From an uncultured Gammaproteobacteria bacterium (GTDB lineage Bacteria > Patescibacteriota > Microgenomatia > UBA8517): a stretch of 64,000 nucleotides of DNA. The translations under genes and the position numbers were made by a program. The notes beneath the pieces were generated by a model that searched no databases, was not told the origin of the DNA, and saw only the letters and a program-made list of their open reading frames with translations. Below, piece by piece: positions 53,337 to 62,435 of this stretch. How positions within the stretch are numbered: position 1 is the first letter of the stretch; every line of letters starts with the position of its first letter. The stretch covers positions 145,518 through 209,517 of the forward strand of contig CAZPLB010000001.1 of the NCBI GenBank assembly GCA_964587425.1. The letters are read 5' to 3'.

Positions 53337-55433
53337 ATGGCCAAAAAGATAAGAAGGATGAAACCTAAGAAGGCATATCGCGTTAAACTTAAAAAATCCA
53401 CTGTCTATTCTATTTCTCAAATTGTTTTTTTTGCTTTAGCTCTTTTAGTTATTGCTTCTTTTTCAAGACAGGGAGGGATTCTTGCCTTTTTAAATGATTC
53501 AATTATTTCCTACTTTGGTTGGACTGCACTTTTCTTGCCTTTTATCTTTCTGTCTTTTGGATTTGTTCTTTCTAAATTCAAAATTCCACTTTCACAGCCG
53601 AATGTGATTGTTGGGATTCTTTTGTTTTTTGTTTCTATTGGGAGTCTAACGCGCGCTGGGCTATTGGGGGCTACTTCATGGGAAGGGATTGTTGGACTGG
53701 TGACTCCAATTGGGGCCTATGTGATTTTAAGCGGGACTACTTTGGTTGGACTTGTAGTTATGTTTAATACATCTTTGTATCAGGTTGCCAGTTTACTTGC
53801 CTCATTTTTGCGACAAGTAAGATTTTATATTATGGGCGAGAAAAAACTTGGAAAAATTAATATTGCAAATGGCAAGCGAGAGTTGAAAGTTATTGGCGGA
53901 GGGATGAATCCACAGCAACAGAAAAATAAACTTCCAGCTCTGGCTCAGAAGGAGGGACCACTGGCTCCAAAACTTGTTAGCAATTTGCCTGGGGAGAAAA
54001 GGGTTTGGAGATATCCACCTTCTTCTCTTTTAACACAAACTCAATCGGGACATGCAGACCGCGGAGACATCAAAGGAAACGCTGCGATTATTGAGCAGAC
54101 ACTTGACTCTTTTGGAGTAACTGCTCGGGTTATTGAAGTCTCCCAGGGACCTGCGGTTACTCAATATGCTCTTGAAGTTGCACTTGGAACAAAATTATCT
54201 AAAATTACAACATTGGAGCGGGATATGGCCCGCGCTCTTGCATCACCAACTGGAACCATTCGTATCGAAGCTCCAATTCCAGGACGCAGTTTGGTTGGAA
54301 TTGAACTTCCAAACCGCAGCCCTGAGTTTGTTCCTCTGAAGAAGATGATTGAGTCCGATGTGATGAAGGACAACAAATCCAAACTTGCTGTTGCATTAGG
54401 GTTTGATGTTACTGGAAAAGCTGTAATTGGAGATATTGGTAAGATGCCGCATGTTTTGATTGCAGGACAGACTGGAAGCGGTAAAAGCGTTTGTATTAAT
54501 ACATTTTTAACTTCACTTCTATTTAGAGCAAGCCCCTCTGAGGTTAAATTTATTTTGGTTGATCCCAAGAGAGTTGAGCTGACTCATTACAACGGTATTC
54601 CACATTTATTGTCTCCTGTAATTGTAGAACCTGAAAAGGTTTTGTCTGCTCTCAGATGGACAATGGCTGAAATGGACAGGAGATACAAACTTTTTGCTGA
54701 GGCAGGGGCTCGAAATATTGATGGATATAATGAGATGAGCGGGTTTCAGGCACTTCCCTATATAGTTTTATTCATTGACGAGCTTGCTGATATTATGCTT
54801 TTTTCACCGGTTGAAGTGGAGGATGCTATTACAAGGATTGCTCAGATGTCTCGTGCTACTGGAATTCATATGGTACTTGCGACACAGCGTCCATCGGTTG
54901 ATGTCATTACAGGACTAATTAAGGCAAACGTTCCTTCAAGAATTGCCTTTGCTGTTTCATCATTGATTGATTCCCGTGTAATTTTGGATACATCTGGAGC
55001 TGAGAAATTATTGGGTAAGGGAGACATGCTTTATCTTCCTCCAGAGAGCGCCAAACCATCTCGAATTCAGGGGGCATATATATCTGACAAGGAAGTAAAT
55101 GCACTTGTTTCATTTCTTAAAAATCAGGGAGTAACTCCACAGTACACAGAGGAAGTCACAACAATGGTTAAGTCAGGGGGAAATGGGGCTGCAATGGGTG
55201 GGGGAGGCGGGGAGACTGATGACCTATTCCGTCAGTCGGTTGAAATTATTACACAATCTGACAAGGCATCAGCATCTCTTTTGCAGAGAAAATTGTCGAT
55301 TGGATATGCCAGGGCTGCAAGAATTTTGGATCAACTTGAACAGGCAGGTGTTGTTGACAAGGCTGATGGAGCTAAACCCAGAAAAGTATTAATTAATGAT
55401 GCTTCTGCCCTTTTTCCAAATAATGAAGGGTAA
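53337..55433 (+). CDS. ftsK: DNA translocase FtsK/SpoIIIE
   Basis: N-terminal 4-5 TM helices and linker. Motor domain with Walker A IAGQTGSGKSV and Walker B FIDELAD. C-terminal gamma winged-helix (LLQRKLSIGYARAARILDQLE). Confidence 0.85.
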   Translation: MAKKIRRMKPKKAYRVKLKKSTVYSISQIVFFALALLVIASFSRQGGILAFLNDSIISYFGWTALFLPFIFLSFGFVLSKFKIPLSQPNVIVGILLFFVSIGSLTRAGLLGATSWEGIVGLVTPIGAYVILSGTTLVGLVVMFNTSLYQVASLLASFLRQVRFYIMGEKKLGKINIANGKRELKVIGGGMNPQQQKNKLPALAQKEGPLAPKLVSNLPGEKRVWRYPPSSLLTQTQSGHADRGDIKGNAAIIEQTLDSFGVTARVIEVSQGPAVTQYALEVALGTKLSKITTLERDMARALASPTGTIRIEAPIPGRSLVGIELPNRSPEFVPLKKMIESDVMKDNKSKLAVALGFDVTGKAVIGDIGKMPHVLIAGQTGSGKSVCINTFLTSLLFRASPSEVKFILVDPKRVELTHYNGIPHLLSPVIVEPEKVLSALRWTMAEMDRRYKLFAEAGARNIDGYNEMSGFQALPYIVLFIDELADIMLFSPVEVEDAITRIAQMSRATGIHMVLATQRPSVDVITGLIKANVPSRIAFAVSSLIDSRVILDTSGAEKLLGKGDMLYLPPESAKPSRIQGAYISDKEVNALVSFLKNQGVTPQYTEEVTTMVKSGGNGAAMGGGGGETDDLFRQSVEIITQSDKASASLLQRKLSIGYARAARILDQLEQAGVVDKADGAKPRKVLINDASALFPNNEG

Positions 55434-55465
55434 TATCACTTCGTGATTTATGTATTAACTAATTT

Positions 55466-56086
55466 ATGAAAAATATAGGTTCAATTTTCAAAGATGCTCG
55501 GGGGAAGAAACGGTATTCCAGGGAGAAAGTTTCTGACATCACTAAAATTAGGGTTAGCTTTATTGAAGCTATTGAAAGAGGCGATTGGGCAACCTTGCCT
55601 AGCCAGTCTACTGTTATTGGGTTTGTCCGTAGTATTGCAAAGGCCTTGGATATTAATGAGGCGACAGCGGTTGCGACTTTCAAAAGAGATTATATTCCAG
55701 TAAAAATACAGGTTAATCCAAAACAGCCGCACAAAAGAAATGTTGCATGGAGCCCTAAACTGACTCTTTTTGCAGGAGTTGGTGTTTTTTTTGTTCTCAT
55801 CCTCATCTATCTTGGGTTTCAGTACAAAAGATTTACATCTGCCCCAACTCTCCAAGTTGATGTACCAAAAGAAAATCAGTTGGTTACAACCAATCCTTTA
55901 ACTGTTAGCGGGGTGACAGATAGTGATGCAACTGTTAAAGTGAATAACCAACCAGCACTGGTGGGGGATGATGGGGTTTTCTCAACAAAAATTGATGTTA
56001 CGAAAGAGGTGAGGGAAGTGAAAGTAGAGGCGGTGTCACGATCTGGGAAGGTAAGTATTATTAGTCGCACAATACGGGTAGAATAG
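55466..56086 (+). CDS. RodZ-like HTH membrane protein
   Basis: N-terminal HTH (KVSDITKIRVSFIEAIERGDWATLPSQSTVIGFVRSIAKAL), single TM, beta-rich C-terminal domain. Confidence 0.5.
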   Translation: MKNIGSIFKDARGKKRYSREKVSDITKIRVSFIEAIERGDWATLPSQSTVIGFVRSIAKALDINEATAVATFKRDYIPVKIQVNPKQPHKRNVAWSPKLTLFAGVGVFFVLILIYLGFQYKRFTSAPTLQVDVPKENQLVTTNPLTVSGVTDSDATVKVNNQPALVGDDGVFSTKIDVTKEVREVKVEAVSRSGKVSIISRTIRVE

Positions 56087-56108
56087 AGGAGAAGAGAATT
56101 AAAAAAAC

Positions 56109-56327
56109 ATGACAGGAATTGAATCAATATTAGTTGTAGTTGTAATTTGTTTAGGACTTTTACTATTTATAGTTGGATTTCAGGTTTTGATGATAATTTT
56201 AGATTTAAGGAAATCTATAAAAAGACTTAATTCAATACTTGAAGATGCAATATTGGGTGGAGGGCTAATTCAAACTGAAAAACTTGCAAATCTTCTTTCT
56301 ATGTTTAGAAAGAAAAAGGGAGTTTAA
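56109..56327 (+). CDS. Small membrane protein (72 aa) whose 3' end lies in a 28-bp direct repeat
   Basis: One TM helix. The last codons SMFRKKKGV are encoded by direct-repeat copy 1. Confidence 0.35.
   Translation: MTGIESILVVVVICLGLLLFIVGFQVLMIILDLRKSIKRLNSILEDAILGGGLIQTEKLANLLSMFRKKKGV
56296..56323. repeat. Direct repeat copy 1 (tttctatgtttagaaagaaaaagggagt)
   Basis: Identical 28-mer recurs at 57305-57332. Read directly from the sequence. Confidence 0.85.
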
Positions 56328-57259
56328 AGTTGGGGTGTTTGTAGTATAGAATTAATCGACACATTTTCCCATCCGCTTGGTGTTGACTTATAGAAAGCGT
56401 TTGGGTCTTGGTTAAATATCTTGTGGATACTGCTTTCTGGTCTTTGCAATAGGGCTCTTGCTTCTTCGCTGTTTTGTAGATAATACTCTATGGCATTAAT
56501 ATGATTTGCCCCATAAATTAGACTTATTGAGAGATTTGTATTTTCTTGAGCCGAGTCTAAGATTTCTATTAGACGTAGACTAACAGTGGCATTACGAAAG
56601 TTTATTATATCTGCAACTTCTTTTCTTATTCCTGAGAATTCTTCCTCGCTTTTATCCATTGCTTTTTTACCTCTTAACAAATAATCAAAGAGCATGAACA
56701 ATGGTGAAGTTTGATAATTTAGAAGCAAATCAGTTCCTGTTACTGTTGCTGAAATGGAAGCCATGGTCAACATACCTCTTCTTGAAATTTTTCTCTCTTG
56801 GTTTAGGATTGACCCGGTAAGAAATCCTAAATTTATACCAAGTGGAACTCCAAATAGTAAGTTGAGATACAGTGTTGGCGGAACATTTCGAGATGGGTCT
56901 AGTGTTCCAATATACTTTCGATTGTTTTTTGCAATTTCTGCCAAAGTATCAAAAAATGGCTCTCCTCGTCCTTCTAGTAATGTTCCATTCGTACCTTTGG
57001 TAAAAGGAATACCTTCGAGTAAAACTAGATTACTGTTTTTGATAGTTTGTTCTATGATGGGTGTGTATTTGTCTAATGTTTCACTGTTGTGATAGATCCC
57101 CATCAATTTTACGGTTTGGTTACCATACTTGATAACTTTTTCTGTGGGCACAATGCTTTGTGGAGGAGGTCCTTCTGATATCATCCTTGTACCGGCGACT
57201 GCTGCCACTGCTGCCCCAGCCATGATTGGTAATCTTTGTAAGAATTTTCTACGTTCCAT
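56324..57259 (-). CDS. Secreted protein with twin-arginine-like signal peptide, possibly TraB/GumN-like
   Basis: N-terminus MERRKFLQRLPIMAGAAVAAVAGT fits the RRxFLK Tat motif plus h-region. The mature part has no firm family match. Confidence 0.45.
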   Translation of the reverse strand: MERRKFLQRLPIMAGAAVAAVAGTRMISEGPPPQSIVPTEKVIKYGNQTVKLMGIYHNSETLDKYTPIIEQTIKNSNLVLLEGIPFTKGTNGTLLEGRGEPFFDTLAEIAKNNRKYIGTLDPSRNVPPTLYLNLLFGVPLGINLGFLTGSILNQERKISRRGMLTMASISATVTGTDLLLNYQTSPLFMLFDYLLRGKKAMDKSEEEFSGIRKEVADIINFRNATVSLRLIEILDSAQENTNLSISLIYGANHINAIEYYLQNSEEARALLQRPESSIHKIFNQDPNAFYKSTPSGWENVSINSILQTPQL

Positions 57260-57304
57260 GAGGTATTATACTATAAGTTATTTTTTTGTGTTATCTATTA
57301 ACTT

Positions 57305-57332
57305 TTTCTATGTTTAGAAAGAAAAAGGGAGT
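57305..57332. repeat. Direct repeat copy 2 (orphan 3' end fragment of the 72-aa gene)
   Basis: Same 28-mer followed by a stop codon. Upstream flank has stops in frame, so it is a remnant, not a gene. Confidence 0.85.
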
Positions 57333-57336
57333 CTAG

Positions 57337-57675
57337 TTATTCTTTTTTTTTGAGTTGAGGACAAAAATCAGGAGCTGGACCCGCCGATATTCCAATTTTA
57401 TCTGCAACTATTTGTTTTTTTCCTTTCCACGGTCCTTCTGATTGGGCAATATATGAACCGATTACTATTCCACCTATGTAGCCATTTTTTTGATCTCTAT
57501 TAACCCAACATGTTAGCTGTATTGCCTCTTTCTTTGCGTTTTTTCCTGAGACTGTTTTATGGAGTTCTTGATTGACAACGCTATTTGCGAAGATGCAATT
57601 TTTACATTCTGAGAAAGAGTATTTGATTTCTGTGCTCATTAAGAGTTTTATAACAACATGTGGAAGAAGTGTCAA
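57337..57675 (-). CDS. Hypothetical protein (up to 112 aa)
   Basis: ORF only, with several Cys (CKNC, C, C). Its 5' part overlaps the alaS promoter/start region. Confidence 0.3.
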   Translation of the reverse strand: MTLLPHVVIKLLMSTEIKYSFSECKNCIFANSVVNQELHKTVSGKNAKKEAIQLTCWVNRDQKNGYIGGIVIGSYIAQSEGPWKGKKQIVADKIGISAGPAPDFCPQLKKKE

Positions 57676-57694
57676 TTTAGGCTATAATTGCCTC

Positions 57695-59035
57695 ATGACA
57701 GGCAATGATGTTAGAGAAAAATATTTAAAATTTTTTGAAAAAAGAGGGCATAAAATAATAGCTCCCTCCCCTCTTGTTTTGAAAGATGATCCTACTACTT
57801 TATTTACATCAGCTGGAATGCAGCCATTGGTTCCATATCTTATGGGTAAGATTCATCCAGATGGGGTTAGATTAGTTGATTCACAGCCTTCATTTAGATC
57901 ACAAGATATTGAGGAGGTTGGAGATAATCGACACACAACACTTTTTGAAATGCTTGGGAATTGGAGTTTAGGAGATTATTTCAAGAAGGATCAGATACCT
58001 TGGTTCTGGGAATATTTAACAAAAGAGTTGGGGCTTCCCAAAGAAAAATTGTATGTATCTATCTTCGAAGGGAATGAAACAGTTGATAGAGATGATGAGT
58101 CGTACAATCTTTGGTTGTCTGTTGGGGTTACAAAAGATCACATTTTTGAATATGGAGTAAAAAAGAATTGGTGGAGCCGAGCTGGTACACCCGACCAAAT
58201 GCCTAATGGTGAAATTGGCGGGCCATCATCTGAGGTTTTCTTTGAATTCGATGGTGTAGAACATGACAAAAAGTATGGTGAAACATGTCATCCAAATTGT
58301 GATTGTGGGAGATTTCTTGAAATTGGAAACTCTGTTTTTATGCTTTACAAAAAAGAAAATGGAAAATTGGTTGAACTACCAAAGAAGAATGTTGATTTTG
58401 GTGGTGGGCTTGAGAGACTAACTGCTGCAACAAATAATGATCCAGATGTTTTCAAGACTGATTTATTCTGGCCGATTATTGAGGAGATTGAAAAGGTTTC
58501 TGGAAAGAAATATGAAGGTAATGAAGCTTCGATGAGGGTTATTGCAGATCATATTAAAGCATCCACTTTTTTGATTCATGATGGGGTTATTCCTTCAAAT
58601 AAATTACATGGGTATGTTTTGAGGAGGTTACTGAGAAGGGCTGCGATTAAAGCTTATTTGATGGACAATGATTTTGGTACTGGAGAGCATTTCCAATTTT
58701 TGGTTGAAAGTGTGGTTAAAATATATAGTTTTGTTTATTTAGACAATATTAATTTGGATGCTATTAAAAAAGAAGTTGATATTGAAATACGAAAGTTTAG
58801 AAAGAATGTTCAAAGTGGACTTACAAAAATTGATCAGATATTTCAAAACAGAGATGACATAAATGGTGAGCAAGCATTTGAATTGGTCGCGACCTACGGT
58901 TTCAATATAGAGTTACAAATAGAAGAGGCATCCAAGAGAGGTAAAACAGTGGATGTGAAAGGATTTGAGGAGCAGATGTTGAAGCATCAGGAATTATCTC
59001 GCAAATCTTCACAAGATAAATTTAAAATTAAGTAA
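57695..59035 (+). CDS. alaS: Alanyl-tRNA synthetase, catalytic plus tRNA-recognition fragment only (no editing or C-Ala domains)
   Basis: Class II AlaRS N-terminus (REKYLKFFEKRGHKIIAPSPLV..DPTTLFTSAGMQPLVPY, FEMLGNWSLGDYFK, FDGGLERL). Stops after about 446 aa. Start at ATG 57695. Confidence 0.8.
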   Translation: MTGNDVREKYLKFFEKRGHKIIAPSPLVLKDDPTTLFTSAGMQPLVPYLMGKIHPDGVRLVDSQPSFRSQDIEEVGDNRHTTLFEMLGNWSLGDYFKKDQIPWFWEYLTKELGLPKEKLYVSIFEGNETVDRDDESYNLWLSVGVTKDHIFEYGVKKNWWSRAGTPDQMPNGEIGGPSSEVFFEFDGVEHDKKYGETCHPNCDCGRFLEIGNSVFMLYKKENGKLVELPKKNVDFGGGLERLTAATNNDPDVFKTDLFWPIIEEIEKVSGKKYEGNEASMRVIADHIKASTFLIHDGVIPSNKLHGYVLRRLLRRAAIKAYLMDNDFGTGEHFQFLVESVVKIYSFVYLDNINLDAIKKEVDIEIRKFRKNVQSGLTKIDQIFQNRDDINGEQAFELVATYGFNIELQIEEASKRGKTVDVKGFEEQMLKHQELSRKSSQDKFKIK

Positions 59036-59080
59036 TAAATTGTGCATCAATCCCCCTTTAAGTGATAGAATGTTTTTAAT

Positions 59081-61135
59081 ATGAAGGAGTACTTCTGGAG
59101 TCTTGTTATCGATGAAGAGTGGGTGCAGGCTTCTATCTGGACTATTGAGAAAAATGATGGTGATGAAGCGGGTAAGGGAGCAACTTCTGTTAAGTTTGTA
59201 TCAGAACCTATTGCATATGGAGGAGAGGCTGATTTGGTTTCGGCATCTGATAGTGCATTATCCTCTATTGCAAGACAACTTCCAGAGGATGCAGAGGAAC
59301 CATCAAAAACTGTTTTTGGGGTAAATCCTGCCTGGGTTGAAGGAGGTCAAATTGTTCGGGAACACTTGGATGATATACGCCTTCTCTGTAGTAAGCTTTC
59401 TTTGAATCCTGTTGGATTTGTTGTTTTGCCTGAGGCTATTGCTCACTTTGCAACACAGGAGGAAGGGGCACCACTGAGTGGGGTTGTGGTTGGTATTGGT
59501 GAGACAGCCTTGGATGTTAGTGTATTTCGTCTTGGAAACTTGGTTGGGACAGTAAACGTTAGCCGCAGCAACTCAGTCAGTGATGATTTAGTTGAAGGCC
59601 TTACTCGCTTTGGTCCAGGAGATCCCTTTCCTTCAAGATTTTTACTGTATGATTCCAGACTTGCCAATTTGGAGGAGGCCAAACAGGAACTTATTAAATA
59701 TGATTGGATGCACAATGAAAAACTGAAATTTTTGCATACTCCACAGGTTGATGTAGTGACACCACGGGACAAAATGATTGCAGTTTCATTTGCTGGAGCG
59801 TTTGAAATGGCTGGAGTGAAGGATGTTATTTTTGCAAAGAAGGAAAATGTTGCCAATCTTGGCCCACATGATGCAAACATGGATGAGGTTTTGGTTGAAG
59901 CTGATGAAATGGGTTTTGCATCAGGAAGGGATGTTAGTTTGGAAAATGGAAATGGAGAGACAAGAACAGCAAGAGCTCTCCCCTTTCTGAAAAAACCATC
60001 TGTATTTAATGGTCGAAAGATGACTCTACCTGGTTTTCATTTTGGTTCGCGTTTTATTGGTGTTAATGGAGATGAGAAACTGGCACTAATAATTATTGGT
60101 ATCCTTTCACTTTTATTAGTGCTGATTGCTGCTTGGTGGTTTTTGCCAAAATCTATAGTTGCCATTACTGTAGTTCCAAAGAAATTGGAATTCAAAAAGA
60201 AACTAGATTTGAAAACACTTGCTGGCAGGACAATTAGCACGAGTGTTAGTGGGGACAAAACTAGGTCTTCGTCTGGGACAAAGACCATTGGTCAATCTGC
60301 TAAGGGACAAGTTGATGTTGAAAATGGAACAGCTAGTGAAATTTCAGTTCCTGCAAATACACAGATTGCTACATCAAATGGATTGAAGTTTACAACAGAC
60401 ACTTCTTTGACTGTTCCTGCTGCAGCTTCCCCGCATAGTCCTGGAGTTGCAGGGGTAGCTGTTACTGCAGCTGGTTTTGGATCTGATTACAACTTGGCAA
60501 AAGGTGAAACATTTCAAGTAGGGACTCATTCCAAACTTGAAGTGGATGCGGTTGCGACGAGCGACTTTTCTGGAGGCAGCAGTCAGGAAGTTGTTGCGGT
60601 TTCGAAAGACGATCTGAAATCGTTACTCGATAGTTTGACTAGTGATCTAGTTGAAAAGGGAAAGAGTGAAATGACTGGAAAGGTTTCGGAAGATGAAGTT
60701 TTAGTTGAAAGCACTTTGATTGCAACACCTTCCTCCAAACTTTTTGACCACAGTGCTGGGGATGAAGCGTCAAGCGTCAAGCTCACTGAAAAAGTAAACG
60801 TGACTGCAACTGTTGTTTCAAAAGCAACACTCCTTGAAATGGCGAGAAGTTCTGTTGGGACAATTCCTACTGGGTATGAATTTAATGATGATTCTGTTGC
60901 CTTTAGTTTTGAGAAAACTGATATTAAATTTACAATTAACCTCGTTCCAAAGATTGACAAGGATTCATTGGCAAAAAAGATAGCAGGCTTTCGACCTGTT
61001 GCTGTCAGGGGAATTTTGGCTAGCTTACCTGGATTCCAGTCGGCTGAGATTAATACAACTCCCACCCTTCCAGGTTTTCTTGGAACCCTGCCACATGTGG
61101 CTCGAAATATAAAGATTGAAATAGTTACTGAATGA
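59081..61135 (+). CDS. Large bitopic hypothetical protein (N-terminal cytoplasmic domain, central TM, C-terminal extracytoplasmic Thr/Ser/Val-rich domain)
   Basis: 684 aa with TM at LALIIIGILSLLLVLIAAWWF. N-terminal region weakly resembles actin-like ATPase phosphate loops (GVVVGIGETALDVSVF). No firm family. Confidence 0.4.
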   Translation: MKEYFWSLVIDEEWVQASIWTIEKNDGDEAGKGATSVKFVSEPIAYGGEADLVSASDSALSSIARQLPEDAEEPSKTVFGVNPAWVEGGQIVREHLDDIRLLCSKLSLNPVGFVVLPEAIAHFATQEEGAPLSGVVVGIGETALDVSVFRLGNLVGTVNVSRSNSVSDDLVEGLTRFGPGDPFPSRFLLYDSRLANLEEAKQELIKYDWMHNEKLKFLHTPQVDVVTPRDKMIAVSFAGAFEMAGVKDVIFAKKENVANLGPHDANMDEVLVEADEMGFASGRDVSLENGNGETRTARALPFLKKPSVFNGRKMTLPGFHFGSRFIGVNGDEKLALIIIGILSLLLVLIAAWWFLPKSIVAITVVPKKLEFKKKLDLKTLAGRTISTSVSGDKTRSSSGTKTIGQSAKGQVDVENGTASEISVPANTQIATSNGLKFTTDTSLTVPAAASPHSPGVAGVAVTAAGFGSDYNLAKGETFQVGTHSKLEVDAVATSDFSGGSSQEVVAVSKDDLKSLLDSLTSDLVEKGKSEMTGKVSEDEVLVESTLIATPSSKLFDHSAGDEASSVKLTEKVNVTATVVSKATLLEMARSSVGTIPTGYEFNDDSVAFSFEKTDIKFTINLVPKIDKDSLAKKIAGFRPVAVRGILASLPGFQSAEINTTPTLPGFLGTLPHVARNIKIEIVTE

Positions 61136-61800
61136 TGATGCATAAAAAAATATTAGTTCGGATTTGTGCGGTTGTTTGCGCCCTTAGCGGGGTTATGATT
61201 TTGGTGTGGATAATGTTTCCAATTATCAAGTATAGAATTGAGAATAAAGTTTCTGGAAGTTATATGTCTGGGGTTCCAGATACAGAGAAATATTTGGATG
61301 ATACAAAAGCCAGCAATTGGTTTCCAGGCGGAAAGAAGGCGGATGATTTTGGGAAAAGCAGTGTTGGCTATTACACAATTTCTATACCTACACTTCGGAT
61401 TAAGGATGCAACTGTTTCTGTTGGAGGAGAGAACTTGAATGATTCATTAATTCAATATCCGGGGACTGCGCTTCCTGGACAAAAAGGGAATACTACTATT
61501 TTTGGCCATTCAGTATTGCCTGCTTTTAATAATCCAAGTGATTACCACAGAATTTTTTCAATGCTTCCAACTATTCAAGATGGGGATTTGATTGAAGTTG
61601 AATATGATGGGGTTAGCTACAGATACAGAGTTGAAGACAAAGTTGTTGTGAAGCCAACAGATCTTTCAATTCTGGAACAAGACTTGAGCGATTCATTTCT
61701 AACTCTTGTTACGTGTGTTCCACCAGGGGACCCTTCACTTCCCTTTAGACAAGTAATTAGGGCAAGGATTGTTCCGCTGACTGTTAGTTATGGAAATTAA
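61132..61800 (+). CDS. Sortase (transpeptidase)
   Basis: N-terminal TM anchor, catalytic His (TTIFGHSVLP), TLXTC motif (FLTLVTCVPP), conserved Arg (RQVIRARI). Start overlaps the upstream gene. Confidence 0.8.
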   Translation: MMMHKKILVRICAVVCALSGVMILVWIMFPIIKYRIENKVSGSYMSGVPDTEKYLDDTKASNWFPGGKKADDFGKSSVGYYTISIPTLRIKDATVSVGGENLNDSLIQYPGTALPGQKGNTTIFGHSVLPAFNNPSDYHRIFSMLPTIQDGDLIEVEYDGVSYRYRVEDKVVVKPTDLSILEQDLSDSFLTLVTCVPPGDPSLPFRQVIRARIVPLTVSYGN

Positions 61801-61805
61801 AAAAT

Positions 61806-62210
61806 ATGGAAGATAAAGTAATGAATTCTAGAATAATTTTGGGAATTGATTTTGGGTTGAGGAAAATGGGGGTTTCGTTTGCTACCTCAAACTTGGCTGA
61901 ACCATACATGGTTATTAGATATGCTGATATTGATGGAGCTTTGGAGAGAGTGAAAAAAGTTGTAATGGAAGAGAAGGCTGGGGCGATTGTGATTGGAATT
62001 AGTGATGGAGAGATTGCAAAGAAGGCTAAAGAGTTTGGAAAACTATTGAAGAAAGAACTGAAACTGCCAGTTTACTTTTTTGATGAAACATTGAGTACCC
62101 AGGATGCACAGAGAATGGCGATTGAAGCTAATATGAAACGCAGTAAGAGAAGAAAGCTTGAGGATGCGTTTGCAGCTTCTGTTATGCTACAGAATTACTT
62201 GGATAGTTGA
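61806..62210 (+). CDS. ruvX: Putative pre-16S rRNA nuclease / Holliday junction resolvase-like RuvX (YqgF)
   Basis: ILGIDFGLRKMGVSFAT N-terminal RNase H-like motif, GAIVIGIS, and a YqgF-like C-terminal helix. Confidence 0.75.
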   Translation: MEDKVMNSRIILGIDFGLRKMGVSFATSNLAEPYMVIRYADIDGALERVKKVVMEEKAGAIVIGISDGEIAKKAKEFGKLLKKELKLPVYFFDETLSTQDAQRMAIEANMKRSKRRKLEDAFAASVMLQNYLDS

Positions 62211-62241
62211 ATAATGTAGCTTATTAGTTTAGAATTGAAAG

Positions 62242-62427
62242 ATGTTTAAAAATGTAATTTCTCCAATACAGGCATGGCTACTTTCTCAGGGCAAATGTGT
62301 AGGGTGCGGGATGCCTCTTTCAAAGGGTAAAGTGAATGGGAATAAAGTAACCTGCAAGTGCGGTCGAATTTATGTTCGCGACAGTAAAACAAACAAGTAT
62401 CGCAGGGCTCTTCTTGAGGAAGTATAA
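62242..62427 (+). CDS. Small zinc-ribbon protein (61 aa)
   Basis: CVGCG...CKCG four-Cys ribbon. It occupies the position of yrzB-like small genes between ruvX and mltG. Confidence 0.35.
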   Translation: MFKNVISPIQAWLLSQGKCVGCGMPLSKGKVNGNKVTCKCGRIYVRDSKTNKYRRALLEEV

Positions 62428-62435
62428 TTAAAAAA

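Noticed and set aside
57651-57694. Canonical -35/-10 promoter for alaS
   Set aside because: TATAAT at 57683-57688 is clear. The only TTGACA-like hexamer (gtgtca) is 8 nt away, and the 17-bp position has no match. Only the -10 is noted under leaderless candidates.
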